A stretch of 64,000 nt of DNA from Bugula neritina (lineage: Eukaryota; Animalia; Bryozoa). Positions 38,628 through 58,657 of the stretch are shown in pieces (the stretch's first letter is position 1; every line of letters begins with the position of its first letter). The stretch spans positions 29,218,628 to 29,282,627 of the forward strand of contig OZ037767.1 in assembly GCA_964035545.1 (NCBI GenBank). Reading direction: 5' to 3'. A program made the position numbers and the translations under genes. The notes beneath the pieces were generated by a model. It was not told the origin of the DNA and did not search any database. It saw only the letters and a program-made list of their open reading frames with translations.

Positions 38628-41600
38628 ATGGACACTTTAGAACTAGGGATGACTGAATTGAATGCAGTAAGTCTTTTTATGTAGATATATTTTACTTTGT
38701 ATTAAAGTAAAGTATGAAAAAATGGTAATTAATCTTCTATCTAGGCTATTGAAGCGCACTGAATAGGTTTTAATTGCGCATGGAATCTTGTTATAAGCAT
38801 GGGCTTTGGATCAATTCTTAAATGGAAGCCAGATTTTAGCACAAGTTTAACTGCTAATGAACTTGGCTTTATCTGCCAGATAAAAGAAAGGCATTTTTAA
38901 CAGACCTTTATTTGTTTTACCCATAAGATCAGCTGTTGCAGCTAGTTCACCAATGAGATTAGTTGTTACATATTTTGCAAATGCAACAAGCTGTTACTTC
39001 ATAGGGCATAGAAGTATGAAACTGCTAAGCAGTTGTAACTGAAAGTTGATGTAATAAAGGTGTGTACACACCTACACATATTGTATGCTAATGTGAAGAT
39101 GAACTTTGTATCTACCTAACTGCTAAGTATTAATTTACTAATTGAAGCCAAATGAGCTATAATTGCAACTGTCCACCTGTAATTTCATCAAAAGAGGGTA
39201 GAATTAGTATGAAGAAGCCTATAAGGATGAGTTGGAAGCTTAAAAGCATAATTTCTTTAAAATTTGAGTTGTAAAATGTGAAATTTTAATGCTGCAACAA
39301 CCAAACTTGAATGTAGATGCAGCTTGCATTTTAATAGCACTGGTTGTGATAAGTTTTTAACTAATAAGGAGTAATTCACCTAAAATCTTGCTTCAAACCC
39401 ACAATGCACAACCTTAAACTATAAAATAAAGCTAAACATCACACCAAATCTCAATGCCAGGGTTGCATGTCATTTTAAGTTTAAATAATTTTTTTCAGTT
39501 TTATTCTAACTTTGTCATTCTATCCAAGAGCATTTCTGATACAGTTTTTCTTTTCTAAATTATCTTCCTCTGCATGGGTACGTACACCCAGTTGTGTTTG
39601 TTTCCTTGTGTTTATCTACCTGAAACTTTGACATTGAGAAATATTCCAACAGGGGGAGCCACCTGCCAGTCCCACCAATCACCTTCTGAATAACAACAGA
39701 AGGCGGAGCAGTGGGGCAGTGCCAGCTATCTCAGCGATGGCTGGTAAGCCCGGAGTCTCTACCATCAACCATAAGCGAGCCTTAGGCCTCCACCAAACCC
39801 TCCAGGCAAAGATATATAACTTTCTAGAGCGGCCAACAGGCTGGAAATGTTTTATCTATCACTTTGCAGTGTAAGTAGTTCGATTCTCTCTTGAGATTAT
39901 GTGTCTTTGTCTTATTCCAGTATCAATGACCAGTAAAGCAACTGTTAATATTGATATGCTAGGTGGAAAGATAGAATGAATAAGAATTTCAAAACTAAGA
40001 ATAGTAATTATATTCCTTTAAAGCTATATGTATAAAATAATTAGTTGCTTAGTGAAGTGGATACCACGTGTGAAGCTACTATCTGCTTTTCTTCTGCAAT
40101 GCATTCATGTTACACATGGTCTAGTAGGAGTTATGCTACCATAAAAAAAATAGTCACCGCTAATTTTCCAAAGATCCATGTAGTACTTTTGAACAATTTT
40201 TTGGTAGGCTATAAAGTAAATATGGCATTATTTTTATCACAAACAATGTTTGCAACAATTTATGTAAATCATTTATTTTCTTACATTATACTAGATATGT
40301 GAAGCAACTGTGAAGGGTTTATATAGCTGAATTTGACTAGCTAGGGGTCTGCATAGATCAACACATTTAAAAAGAAGGGGGGGGGGGTGCTGGTGGTCTA
40401 CAGATAAACACATTCAATAAACACACAACAAAGCCGTTTAATTTCATGACAGCTTAGTTTAATGCTCATTATATAAAAGTCACAGCCTCTTTAGCGGAGT
40501 TTACAAGCACGCATCACCCCGGGTGGAAAAAGACTTTTCGTTTAATGTTATTGGAAGTAATTTAACTTTGAAAATAAGCTTATTCTTGATTGAATCGGTT
40601 TATGCATGAGAACATTTCGAATATAAATAAGCTTCAGCCGATCATAAAGTTGCTGATAAATACAAATGGGCCAATTAATAAATTGATCAAACAAATAGCC
40701 AACATACAATTTTATGGGAAAGCTCAACATTTTATAATTTCATTAATTTAGTTTACATAAGACTATCTGATTTATAAACAAATAGCATACTACTTAACTA
40801 TCACAGTACAATCATGTTAGATAAAACATGCGTCCCTTTGCCCATTGTGAGGATATATTTTAAGTTCCCGCAAGCGCTTTAATTTGTAAGAATTTTAATT
40901 TGCTCAATGCTGCATCAAACACTTTAGCTATTCAGTGAGAATAGCTTGAATAATCAACCTCTGACTCATTAAATTTATGTAATATTAAATTATTCGCGTA
41001 TATCTTAGTTAAATACAACTTCAGGGTATAGTATGCCAAGTATATTGTGTTATAACGACATCCGCAGCTTGTCTTAAATTAATTCAGGATGGCGGCTTAC
41101 TTGCATTCTAAAATAAACTGTGTATAATATTTTGATCAAACAATATCTATAGCCTAAAAATAGTAACTCAACCGTCATTTTCATTATAGAGCATTGGAAA
41201 TTGCAAAATTGTTAGTGAACTTAGTGAAATAGCTGCCTGTTATTAAACGACATCAAAATGTCACAATGTTTTTATAGCTGTTTTATGACTTCATTATTTT
41301 TCACAGCTGCTTGGAGAGTTTTATGCAACAAGCTGTATTCTTTTCTTATTTTGCCATTCACTTGAAAGTTCATTAGATTGTAACTAATATTTAGAAATAA
41401 ATGCGTGGTATAATATTATATTATTGTATAATATAGTACATTTGTACAAACTCGGTTTTGAGTACAAGTGTACTTTTCATATGTTTATGTACCGCCCTTG
41501 ATCCCTTGATACCAGGAAAATATCTCCAATAACTGGAAGGCATTCACTTAATGTCACGCAGTAGACCTCATGGCTATTTACTAACAACAAGTTCTAAGAA

Positions 41601-44600
41601 AAGCTAGCTTTCAGCTGTTGCCTTGTTTACATGACTGCATATTATAAAATCAAATATAGCAAGTTTTAGACAATCCGCGAACGGTTTGGAAAATTGAACA
41701 AACATACTTTACTCAGAAAAAGAAAAGCTTGCAAAAGCACAGCTTATCATGAAATTTATAGACAACTTACATTTTTTTAGAAAAAACACTGCATTTATAT
41801 TTTGTAAACTGATTGACTATAATATATTGTTTCTATACATACAGACTGTTCATTCAGGTCTATGAAACTCATTCATTTTGATTGAGATTGTGAAATTGTT
41901 TTACTTGCAGGTTTATGTTGGTGCTAATTTGCCTAATCTTCAGTGTTCTATCAACAATTGATAACTACACAAAGTTCGCTAACGGCATTCTATTCTGGAT
42001 GGTATGTAAATCAATCCGTTCACAGGGCACCTGCTGTCAGTGCCTGTAGAGTACCTGTTGTCATAGCCTGCAGGTGCTCTCAGCTATCCAGAAATAATGA
42101 TGTAATGTATTGTTTAATGGAAATTCATAATATGACACACATTTTTGTAAGATAGCGGCTAATATACCACTTTCTTTTATTATGCATTATGTAGTAGTAA
42201 TCCAACAGTATTCTTCTAGCGAGATCACAACTCCAAAACTGTGTAATAGTTAATCCAGATTCTAGCAAAAATACAAATGTGTTACTTTATATTGCTAAAG
42301 AGAGTTTGAAATATGTACAATAAAATACCTCCCAAATCAAAAATTATTTGAGTTAAGTCAGTTGAGTTTCCAAAACATACATTCATCACCCCTGGAAATA
42401 GTTTTTATGGATTTGTAGGGTACTGAGTCGTTTTAAAAATTTTTTTAATAATAATTGAGCTAGCAAATTTAAACAAGTAATGTACATATTGAATTCTCTC
42501 ATGTGGTGGAAGTGGTAGGTTTGTAATCAATTTATTCGCATTATTATATTACAGGAGATATTTTTAGTCGTCTTTTTTGGAGTAGAGTATGTAGTCAGAC
42601 TGTGGTCAGCTGGTTGTAGAAGTAAATATATCGGGTTCAAAGGTCGGTTCAGATTCTCGAGAAAGCCCATATCTATAATCGGTGAGTGAAATTGCTCAGA
42701 TAAGAACAGTAAGCTGAGTTAAATTTATGTTTCATTTACTAAATATAATTTCCTTTTCATAGAAATAATTATTAGATAAACTCTAACTATTACGCTATCT
42801 CTAAAAATTATAAACTAAGCTCAGTTCTTTGTACTATGATTTTGTATCATTGTATTATTAATATTATATGGCATGGCCTAAAAATAATTTTTTTTTGGAC
42901 AAAAAGTTAATCCAGTCTATAAGGGCAAAAAACCTGGAAATACTAAAATATATGTTTGGAACAGTTTCTTCATCTATATTTCCCATCTGCTTCATTTACA
43001 TGTTACCACTGTCACATGACCACACTATCACATGACCACACTGTCACATGACCACACTGTCACATGACCACACTGTCACATGACCACACCATCACATGAT
43101 CATGAGCTAATTTATGATACTTTATATAGCAATGTTAGTTTTATCATAATAATTAGAAAAAATAGTTTACAAATATATTTGTTTATAGCCATTTATCTAT
43201 AAATAGCATGCAATTCCAGCGTGTTATGCTCAAAAAACTAGTTATGATGTCATTTCCTTTATATATTTTAGATTTAATAGTAGTTGTGGCCTCAATAGTT
43301 GTGCTGGGTGCAGGGTCAGAAGGTCAAGTGTTTGCAACGTCAGCTATTAGGTAAGTTACGTTGTTTACTAGAAGTAAGTTACAGTATGGTTGTATATCTT
43401 GGCTTCTATGTTAATAACAATTTAGTGTCATATTGTATATTATATTCAATTCACATTCTAATGTAATGCAGCAACAATGTGAAACAATTTTATGCATATG
43501 ACTATATAGAAATATATAGAAAAAAATAAAAAAAAATTATTGCATCAAGTGTTTTTTATATTCTGCATTAAATCATGAAAAAGATAGCCTGGTGCTATCT
43601 GGTACTACCAGGTGCTGCCAACTGCTGCTAGATGCTGATAGGTGTTATCTGCTGCTTGCCTGGTGTTTCATTTCATACCTATATTAATTATAAGTCTAAC
43701 ATAAATTGTTATTAACATTTTCTCTTCATATATATTCAGATTACTATTAGTATTATATACTTTCCTTTGAAAATATGCAGATAATGTCATTATAATACAA
43801 TGTAATATCTAGAATATATATCTACCACTAAATCTTGTAAAATATAAATAATGCCACAAATTATTCTCTCAGAGGTGTGAGGTTCCTGCAGATCCTGCGA
43901 ATGCTACATGTCGACCGACAGGGTGGAACTTGGCGTCTGCTGGGCTCTGTAGTCTATATCCATAGGCAGGTTGTGTCCTTACTATATGTTCTATACTAAC
44001 TTTACATCACAGTGCATAGTGTAGATAATTTTTTATAGTAAACAAAGTACGTAGGGAAACACTTCAGTAAATTTTCTCAATGTTCTAAATGATAAGTAGT
44101 TTATACCACTTGTGCAATTATCTATTTGTTGGTGAAAATATAATTAGATTAATTATTTCAAGGTTTTATGGCATGTAGGTGTAGAGTTTACATTATTCCA
44201 TTTTTATAGTTCTATTATGTGCATCATTGACAAAGCTATCTGATTCAATTCACCACAGGTGAAGGGCAACTCCGTCAAACCTCTCTATGCTTGCCGTTTG
44301 TTTTCCGATCAATAAATGTGAGCTCATGCTGTAACATTTCTCCACCTCATAGTTCAGCAGCAAAATGCTTAGTAAAGTTGCTTATAGACTAAAAACTTAA
44401 GCATTCTGCAAAAAGAAACAAGGTTACAATTGACTTCAGTAACAGTTAAAAATCTTCCAACTCCCAAACATGACTCACTGTATGGAGAAATTTTGTGTAC
44501 AAGTTTAACAAATATCTTTTGATTAACTTTGATAATAGCATGACTAAGCTGCTGTGAATTGGTTATATTAATTTATTTTATTTTAATATTTTATATATAA

Positions 44601-47600
44601 TTTTATAGTATTTTTTATAGATAATATCTTTACTTTTTTAAGTAATTATTTCAGACAATAAATGTTTTTTCCTTTTCTGCAGGAACTGATAACTACGCTG
44701 TACATAGGCTTCTTAGGACTAATCTTCTCATCATACTTTGTTTATCTGGCTGAAAAGGATCAAATAGATAAAAATGGAAAGATTCACTTCAACAGCTATG
44801 CCGATGCCCTCTGGTGGGGAGTTGTAAGTAAAATATATTGATTACATATCAGCTCATTATTGGTTATTGATTACTTATCAGCTCATTATTGGTTATTGAT
44901 TACTTATTGGCTCATTATTGGCTATTGATTGATAGATAATATTGGCTTGCATACTGCTATAAATGTAGAACTGATTTCTTGTTACAGATTACGGTTACAA
45001 CTATAGGCTATGGAGATACTGTTCCGCAAACATGGCCGGGAAAAATTGTAGCTTCATGCTTTTCAGTTTTTGCTATTTCCTTCTTTGCATTACCAGCCGT
45101 AAGTTACAAATTTCTTTTATTATTGCTATTAGAAATTTCTTCTCACACTCATATTCGAGAAAGTTGTGGGCCACTCGTTGTTTAGAATTATGCAAAAATA
45201 TGAACATAATCTTCTAAAACAGGGTTTTGTTGACGTTACAAATTTTAGGGTATTTTGGGCTCCGGGTTTGCCTTGAAAGTTCAACAGAAGCAGAGACAGA
45301 AACATTTCAACAGACAAATTCCAGCGGCAGCTACCCTCATACAGTGCCTGTGGCGAGTCTATGCTGCCACGAATGGAAAAAATGCCAACAGTGCTACATG
45401 GAAGATGTATACACAGGTAGGGCAGGCAACTCCCAGTGCAAAATTATCTTTGTTTATATATGCAGATAGTACCTACTAGTGCTGAGTCAATGTTTAGAGT
45501 TTAGAGTACGGGAATCAAGTGACTAGTAAATTGTCAGCATTTCACCATTTCTGGTATATCTATATTTTGTATTTGTATTTTCAGTATTTTTCAGTACTTT
45601 GATTAAGAAATATAACTTCTAAAAACTTAAAATTGGCAAAATTGTCTTTAAGAATGTTTATATTTGTATTACAGTTATCAATAGAGTATCAAAAATAGTA
45701 ATTGCTACAAATATAGCTAAAAGCCATGCTGATAGCAACTGACACAAAACTGAAATCAATGAATATCAGCTCAGCACTAGTAGATATTATGTGTCTTTCT
45801 TGACTTAATAAGTACTTGTTTACATGTCTTTTAATATCTACAATGATATTTTATAGACTGCAATAGGTAAATAGTGTGTTTAGTGTTTTTTCTGAAATCA
45901 TTTTTATACTTTTTTTCCAGCTATATGTGGCATTCCAAAGCAATGTCGAATATAAATCATTTGGTAATCGTAAGCCAGTAAGTCCTGAAAATTAGCTGAG
46001 TATATAAATACCTTCTATGATCAGTTTGATAATAATATCTTCATAGTAGTCAGCCAATTATTCTTTTCAATATAATTTATACTGCACCTTCTGATTTCCC
46101 ATTCCCAGATAATATACAAATAAAGTTATAAATTAATGAGCATTGTAGCTCATTTTGAAAACAATAAAATTCAATTACTGCCAAATTAATATACTGAATT
46201 GTATTATTTAAATTTAAAATATTGATTTCTAGATTTATAATCTCCTAACCCTTTAGATTTCAGTAACTACCGCTTAGAACATTCCATCACAGGTTTTGTT
46301 GCTAATTATAGAACTAAATAGAACTAATAGAGTATGGAGAAAATACTTTGTGTAATGATGGAGTTTTATTAACTGTTAGTCAATATTAATTGATGTTGTA
46401 ACAGGAGCCAAAGCCCCACCTGAACCCATTCTCCGCATACAACAGGAACAAGCGACCAAGCCTGAAGAGGCGAAAGTTCTCCATCAGATCGATTGATAGA
46501 AAAGGAAGTACCGATAGTATGATGGCAAACATGGATGATTTGGGTAAAAATTGCTTTTAATATACTCTATTCTACAAGTTTATACTTTATATCGGATCTG
46601 AAGACTATTTTATCCTAAATATAGGTTTTAGAAAAAATTGTACTCCTTGTGTAACATATCATTCTAAAAAAAGAGCAATAATACTATTTTTTAAACCTTG
46701 ACCATTAGTAACAATCTCTACAAAAATTAACATATCCATTTTATAAAATAAAGTTATTATCTTATTTAAAATAGCAAATCAATTTATGTAAATATTATGG
46801 TTAAGTATATACATGCATGCTAGAGGTTGCTATGTTAGCTACATATCATTGTGTGGCATGTCTGCTACCACCCTTCTATAATCAACATATCATAGTGTAG
46901 AACACATTCTACTACCTAGCACTTATACATGATGAGAGAGCTAATTGTCATTTGCTGAATTGATTCTTCATTAGGATATACACATATACACATAATATGG
47001 CAAAGCCATACAATGGCTGTGCTAAGAAAAGCAAACTAATAAGCTTTGTCTTCCTACTTTATAAAACCTATTGTTGCAATGTACAACTTCAAAATAATAT
47101 ACTTTACTTTGTGCAGCTGTTAGTGTAAGCTATAGTTTAGCAGTAATGAATGTCTTACGTATGTAGGGGTAACGGGGGGGGGGGGGCACAACGGTCATAG
47201 GGGTACAAAAAGCCGGCCAAATTGTGAGAGAACTTATTGACTTAGAGTTGTGATTTTTTTCTTCATAAAAAGGTATTGACATAAATATTCAGCCATTGTA
47301 GTTTCAACACTTGCGGAACATACGTGTTGAAAAGGCGAGTGAAAAACTGTTTTCACCTACTCTTTGTAAAATTTTTAAGATGCCGTTAAAGCTTTATAAC
47401 TTTTTTCACTCAAAGGCAACAAGTCTAGATTTTACTAGTATTGTTGCCATTGCTTGTCTCTACATTGCTTAACTAGTATAACAGCAAACTCTAAAATAAA
47501 TATTCCTTGAGGCACATTTACGTTCAAATTGGCCATCCGGGGCACAATGGGCCACGCTGACCGGGGCACAATGGGCCACCTGATTATTGTACCCTGATCA

Positions 47601-50040
47601 CTGTTATTAGTTTGTTTGCCCAAAAAGTTGGTTGAAATCTTACTAAAATCTATAGATATAGCCATTTCTGACCTTTTTGTAAAATATCAAAGACATCATG
47701 GTAAGACTACAAAACTACAAGGTGAAGCTCCCCTAATATATACATCTGATGAGGTTAAAGCTATGCTATTTTATACATAATACAAAACACTCTGGTGTTG
47801 CTACTAGTAGATAGTCATGATATTCATTATATATTACACCATTGAGGGAATATACATGTATTTGACTAAAATAAATTGTGATTTGCTCATTCGCTCCCCC
47901 CTCTCCCTTCCGTACTCCAGCCACAAACCGAAGCCATGCATGCACCTTAGCTACAGTTCATAGAAAAAAGTCAACTTAGAATTTTGTAGTACATGTTACT
48001 AAAGTTTTTTTTTCTGATAAAAGTTCCTCTGAAGTGTAAATAAAAGAAACATTTTTAGTTCTAAACAGTAGTGATAATGACACCATAGAACCGAGTGATA
48101 TGCGTTTAATTTTGCCTTCCTCTGCTATCCGTGGTGGCACAAACTGTACAGCTAAAACATGAATTTTGCTTTAGATCTGAAAGAATATTTGTATTTATTT
48201 GTAATATTAAATAAATAAAGGTCAGATGTAACAAAATACGCAAAGTTTCAATATGTTTGTTGTGTTCCACTCAGTGGCCCATTGTACCCCGGTACCGGGG
48301 CACAATAAGCCGATTTTTTCGTCATGAAAATTTCATTATTCTGAAAGTTGTGAGAAAGATAGAAACAACAAACTGATACCTGTAATAGACAACAGATGCA
48401 GCATTAAGACTAGAGATTATTGAACATGTAACTTGAAAATCAGATGAATGAGAGCAAAAAATGCGAAATTCGGCCCGTTGTGCCCCCCCCCCCCTTACCC
48501 CTACTTAGGTTCCTACTGGTTAGCTATGCTTGATACTAAAAAGTTAGCCTTAAACTTTCTAATTATACAAAACATGCTGCATAGTAGAAAACCAAGTAAT
48601 CAGTTGTAATCCTTTAAGCTTGTGAAATATCTTCGTTACTTTATCAAGCCAGGCAGTTTGTTGATTCCATTTAAATTATGTTTGCTTTTTTCTACTCAGC
48701 ATCTAAGAAGCATTCACTCCAGTCATGCAAGTTCGATGATGTCTACGTGGATGAACAGAATGACAATGACAGTGAAGAGCTCGTTGTCGTAAAACCCATA
48801 CAGTAAGTTAAACATCATGTAGATGCGACCAATAACTAAATCTGTGAAAGTAATAGATTAAATTCCTCTGTTTGTATACATTATTGATTTATCACATCAT
48901 ATACATGTAGCATATATAACCTATTGCATATTATACTGTATTGTATAATTTTTCATTGTACTATACTGCATTATAAAATATTGCATCATATATTATATAA
49001 CATTTCATTATACTATACTATATTATATATTTTAGATTAAATAACCAGCACAAAGCAGCTATAAGAGTAATTAGAAGAATTAAGTATTTTGTGGCAAGAA
49101 GAAAATTCCAGGTATAACAGTTATTGTTTACATTCAGTAGAAACTAAAACTAAAGTTTTGGTCAACAAAACCCGCCCCTACAATTTATTGCCTGTTAGGT
49201 GCTGTTAATGTTGATCATTTCTTATAGCTAAGATCTCTTGCAATGTTGGTATGCATGCAAAGCATTGCTCCTGCTTAGAAAATGTGTTTACTGGTTGCCA
49301 TGCTTACAGCAAGCTCGGAAACCCTATGACGTCAGAGATATCATAGAACAATATTCTCAAGGTCATCTCAATATGATGGTGAGAATCAAAGAGTTACAGC
49401 GTCGACTTGACCAAACGCTAGGCAAGTCAACATTAGAGAAAGATGGACAGCGTCTCACCATAACTTCTCGACTAATCAAGGTGGAGGATAAAGTAAGTCA
49501 AATACGTAGTGACTAGTATACACTTAAGGGGTTGTCTTATTATATGAGAATCCGTGGCTTCAAAAAATGTGTATAATGTGCTCACAGCTAACTTTACTTT
49601 GCAGCTACAGTAAAACTTATAGCAGCTACTCCATCAAAAATATTTCTATGGCAAAAAATTATGAATTTCTTAAAATTCAGTTACTTTCAGCAAAGTTTGT
49701 AAAACATTATGTTTAACAAATTTTGAATAAATGAAGTAGTGACTATGTTTTCTTCTTTTATAAATAACAATTTCACTTTTGATCTATCAAAAACGCTATC
49801 ATAAAAATATTTTAAAGTAGTAGCATAATTATTTGTGTGCTCATTATGTGTAGAACATTAGTTTTAAATGCTGGGTTGTTTTCTTAGTTGGTTGGAGTTG
49901 AGCGAAAGATGGACCAAATGATTATAATGCTTAACACCGTTCTAAAGCATTTTGATGAAAATGAGGCCATGTCTATCATGGATTCTCGAAGCAACAGGAA
50001 ACAGGAAGTGGCAAAACAAGAAGAAAGAGGAAAACGCTGA
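38628..50040 (+). CDS. KCNQ1: Voltage-gated potassium channel Kv7.1 (KCNQ1 orthologue), ~593 aa
   Basis: Exons: 38628-38666, 39653-39870 ([20 protein letters not shown]), 41911-42001 (S1), 42555-42681 (S2, WSAGCRSKY), 43272-43350 (S3), 43873-43969 (S4, [26 protein letters not shown]), 44683-44823 (S5, YADALWWG), 44988-45098 (TTIGYGD pore, S6 FFALPA), 45249-45416 ([28 protein letters not shown]), optional 45921-45977, 46405-46543, 48700-48802, 49036-49111 (helix B), 49310-49492 ([34 protein letters not shown]), 49888-50040. All phases are compatible. The motifs are KCNQ1-type rather than KCNQ2-5-type. Confidence 0.96.
43007..43098. repeat. 16-bp minisatellite (CACACTGTCACATGAC), ~5-6 copies, KCNQ1 intron
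   Basis: Tandem units visible. Confidence 0.9.
44838..44930. repeat. 29-bp tandem repeat (ATTGATTACTTATCAGCTCATTATTGGTT), ~3 copies, in the intron between the KCNQ1 pore exons
   Basis: Tandem units visible. Confidence 0.88.
47166..48501. mobile_element. Non-autonomous DNA transposon/MITE (Tc1/mariner-pogo-like, TA target duplication) in a KCNQ1 intron
   Basis: Left end TA|GGGGTAAC(G)nCACAACGG and right end CCGTTGTG(C)nTTACCCC|TA form ~28-bp terminal inverted repeats. Internal copies of CCGGGGCACAATGGGCCAC lie at 47537 and 47561, with an inverted copy at 48274. No transposase ORF. Confidence 0.85.
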
Positions 50041-51205
50041 CCCATCAAAATTATGCAATACTATCTTGCCAAAAAATTCAAGGGGTTCATTGGGTATTAA
50101 GGTTCAGTATATACCAACCCCCACACATCGTACTTTATAGATTTTTGTAAAAATAATGTGAAGACATAAAATACATTTAATATCTGCAGTTGTCTATGCA
50201 GAAGTTTTAATTCCTTGCCCTGCCTCCTATCACACATATATATATAACTTATTTATTGGAAAGTATTTTTAAGAACCTGTTTGTACATGTATATAATATT
50301 ACTTTATTTTTAAATAGTTTATACAAGTAGTAAAATATTTTGTATTTATGTAAGTAAATAATCACTGATGTATTTTTATGTTGTACAGATTAAATTAAAA
50401 AAATAATAAAATATACTATTATATGTAACAGTGGCTGTTTGAGTGTCACATAAAAACATTGGGCACATCAACCTGAACAGCAATGCACACATTGTATAGA
50501 ACAAAAGAATAGAATGTAAACTTGAAATGTAAAATGCTAGTAATTTACAAATTTATGTAAACATTTTTATTAATTCTAAACAGAATATTGCCCCACTTTA
50601 CTGACTATAATTAAGCAATTACTTGAAACTATGTTATCATAGCTATACTAAAATAGCACATTTTACTTATTTTTTCACTAATTTCCAAATGAAAATAACT
50701 TGCTATTGTTCGAGAACCTAACCTGCTGTATATTTTTTCTGTTGAGAACATATTTATTCTTTAAAATGTATATCATGTCATTATATAATAAATTATTGAG
50801 TAGTTAGTAGCTAAACTAATAACTATAGTAAATTGACTAGTAACTCGTCAATTAAAAGTAAATTAAAATGGCATGTTGTTTTTATTAAGCCATGGAGCTA
50901 ATGTAAAATATTCTAATTAAATATAACTAATTGCAAAAATATTCTGCAATTAACCATGTGCAGTAAAGCTATTACTTTATTGACAGGCCTAAATGCTTTC
51001 TTACAAATCTGATATTAAAATGCCAGACATTTCACTGCAAACTGATTATTGCAAAAATGCAGTGACAAAGATTTTGGAATGTAGTTAAATTTAAACAATT
51101 CAAACCCAATACTAAAACAAACCATTTCATAATATAAATTCAAGTTCATACAGCTGGGTGTAAAGATCAATCAGCATGTCATAAAAGAGAAACCCAGAAA
51201 ACACC

Positions 51206-57555
<6,350 letters not shown>

Positions 57556-58657
57556 GCTTCCATACCTAACAACTGTAAGTATCTAACTGCAGTTAAAGTT
57601 TTGCGACCATAATGACTTGCTTTTTATTCGTGTAAAGTTTCTTGAACGATACTGAAGTAAATTTTGCTTTTGATGATACTTGACGGAAAAGTCATGGTTT
57701 TTTCAACTATGTGAATATTGTATCATTCACTGCACCACCAGGCTAGCCCTTCTGCAGGTCAAGAATAATCTATATTCTTTACAATGCAAAATGAGCTTTC
57801 CAGAAGTTGACATCTCGGTTTATATTGGCTTGGTGCTGTAGTATGTGAACCTTCATATTGCAGTGTTATGTACTCAATTGACAAGACTTCTAAAGTCTGA
57901 ACATACAAACATAGAATGTCATTTCACTTGCATCCTTTTAATTGTGTTATTTACAGAAAGCTGCTCTGTAAAACTATATTATTGCCTGCTTACTACTGTG
58001 ATTTACTAAATTATACTTCTCACATCGACTAATTCTGGTTACAGAAACTCAATGAAAAATTAAGACTGGCCAATACCAATGAAAGAAAACAAATTAACTA
58101 CTTTCCCAGAAAAACTAATGCTATAGAATACCTGCTGGAACAGATATTCTATTGTTTTATAAGATGTACAGCAGAAATTGCAAAAGTTAGAATCAAAACC
58201 AATAGTTTCTATGTTGTCTATCAGAATTTAATTAGAAATAATACAAATAAACTGAAGCAGCCTATAAAATTTGTAATGAACAGTCATATAATATATACCA
58301 TATATATATATATATATCAGTTACTGCTTGATTCAATTGATATTTTAAAATAATAATACTTTCACAAGTATGCTGATGTTAATGTCACAACAATATAAAA
58401 TTACATGAAATACTAGCTGAATAGAAATACTTATCTAGTGACCGAAAGCATGATAGACTAATAATGTACATTTATAATATATTATATAATATCATGTATA
58501 ATACAATGCATAGCAGATTGTTATAATGTACCATATGATATATTATCTTAAAGCATGTTGAATACGGCAATGTACAATATATTGCATAACGCAAAGTATA
58601 ATATATTACATGAAATAACTTTAATGACCAAAAATAACATTTTATCAGCAAAGGCTT

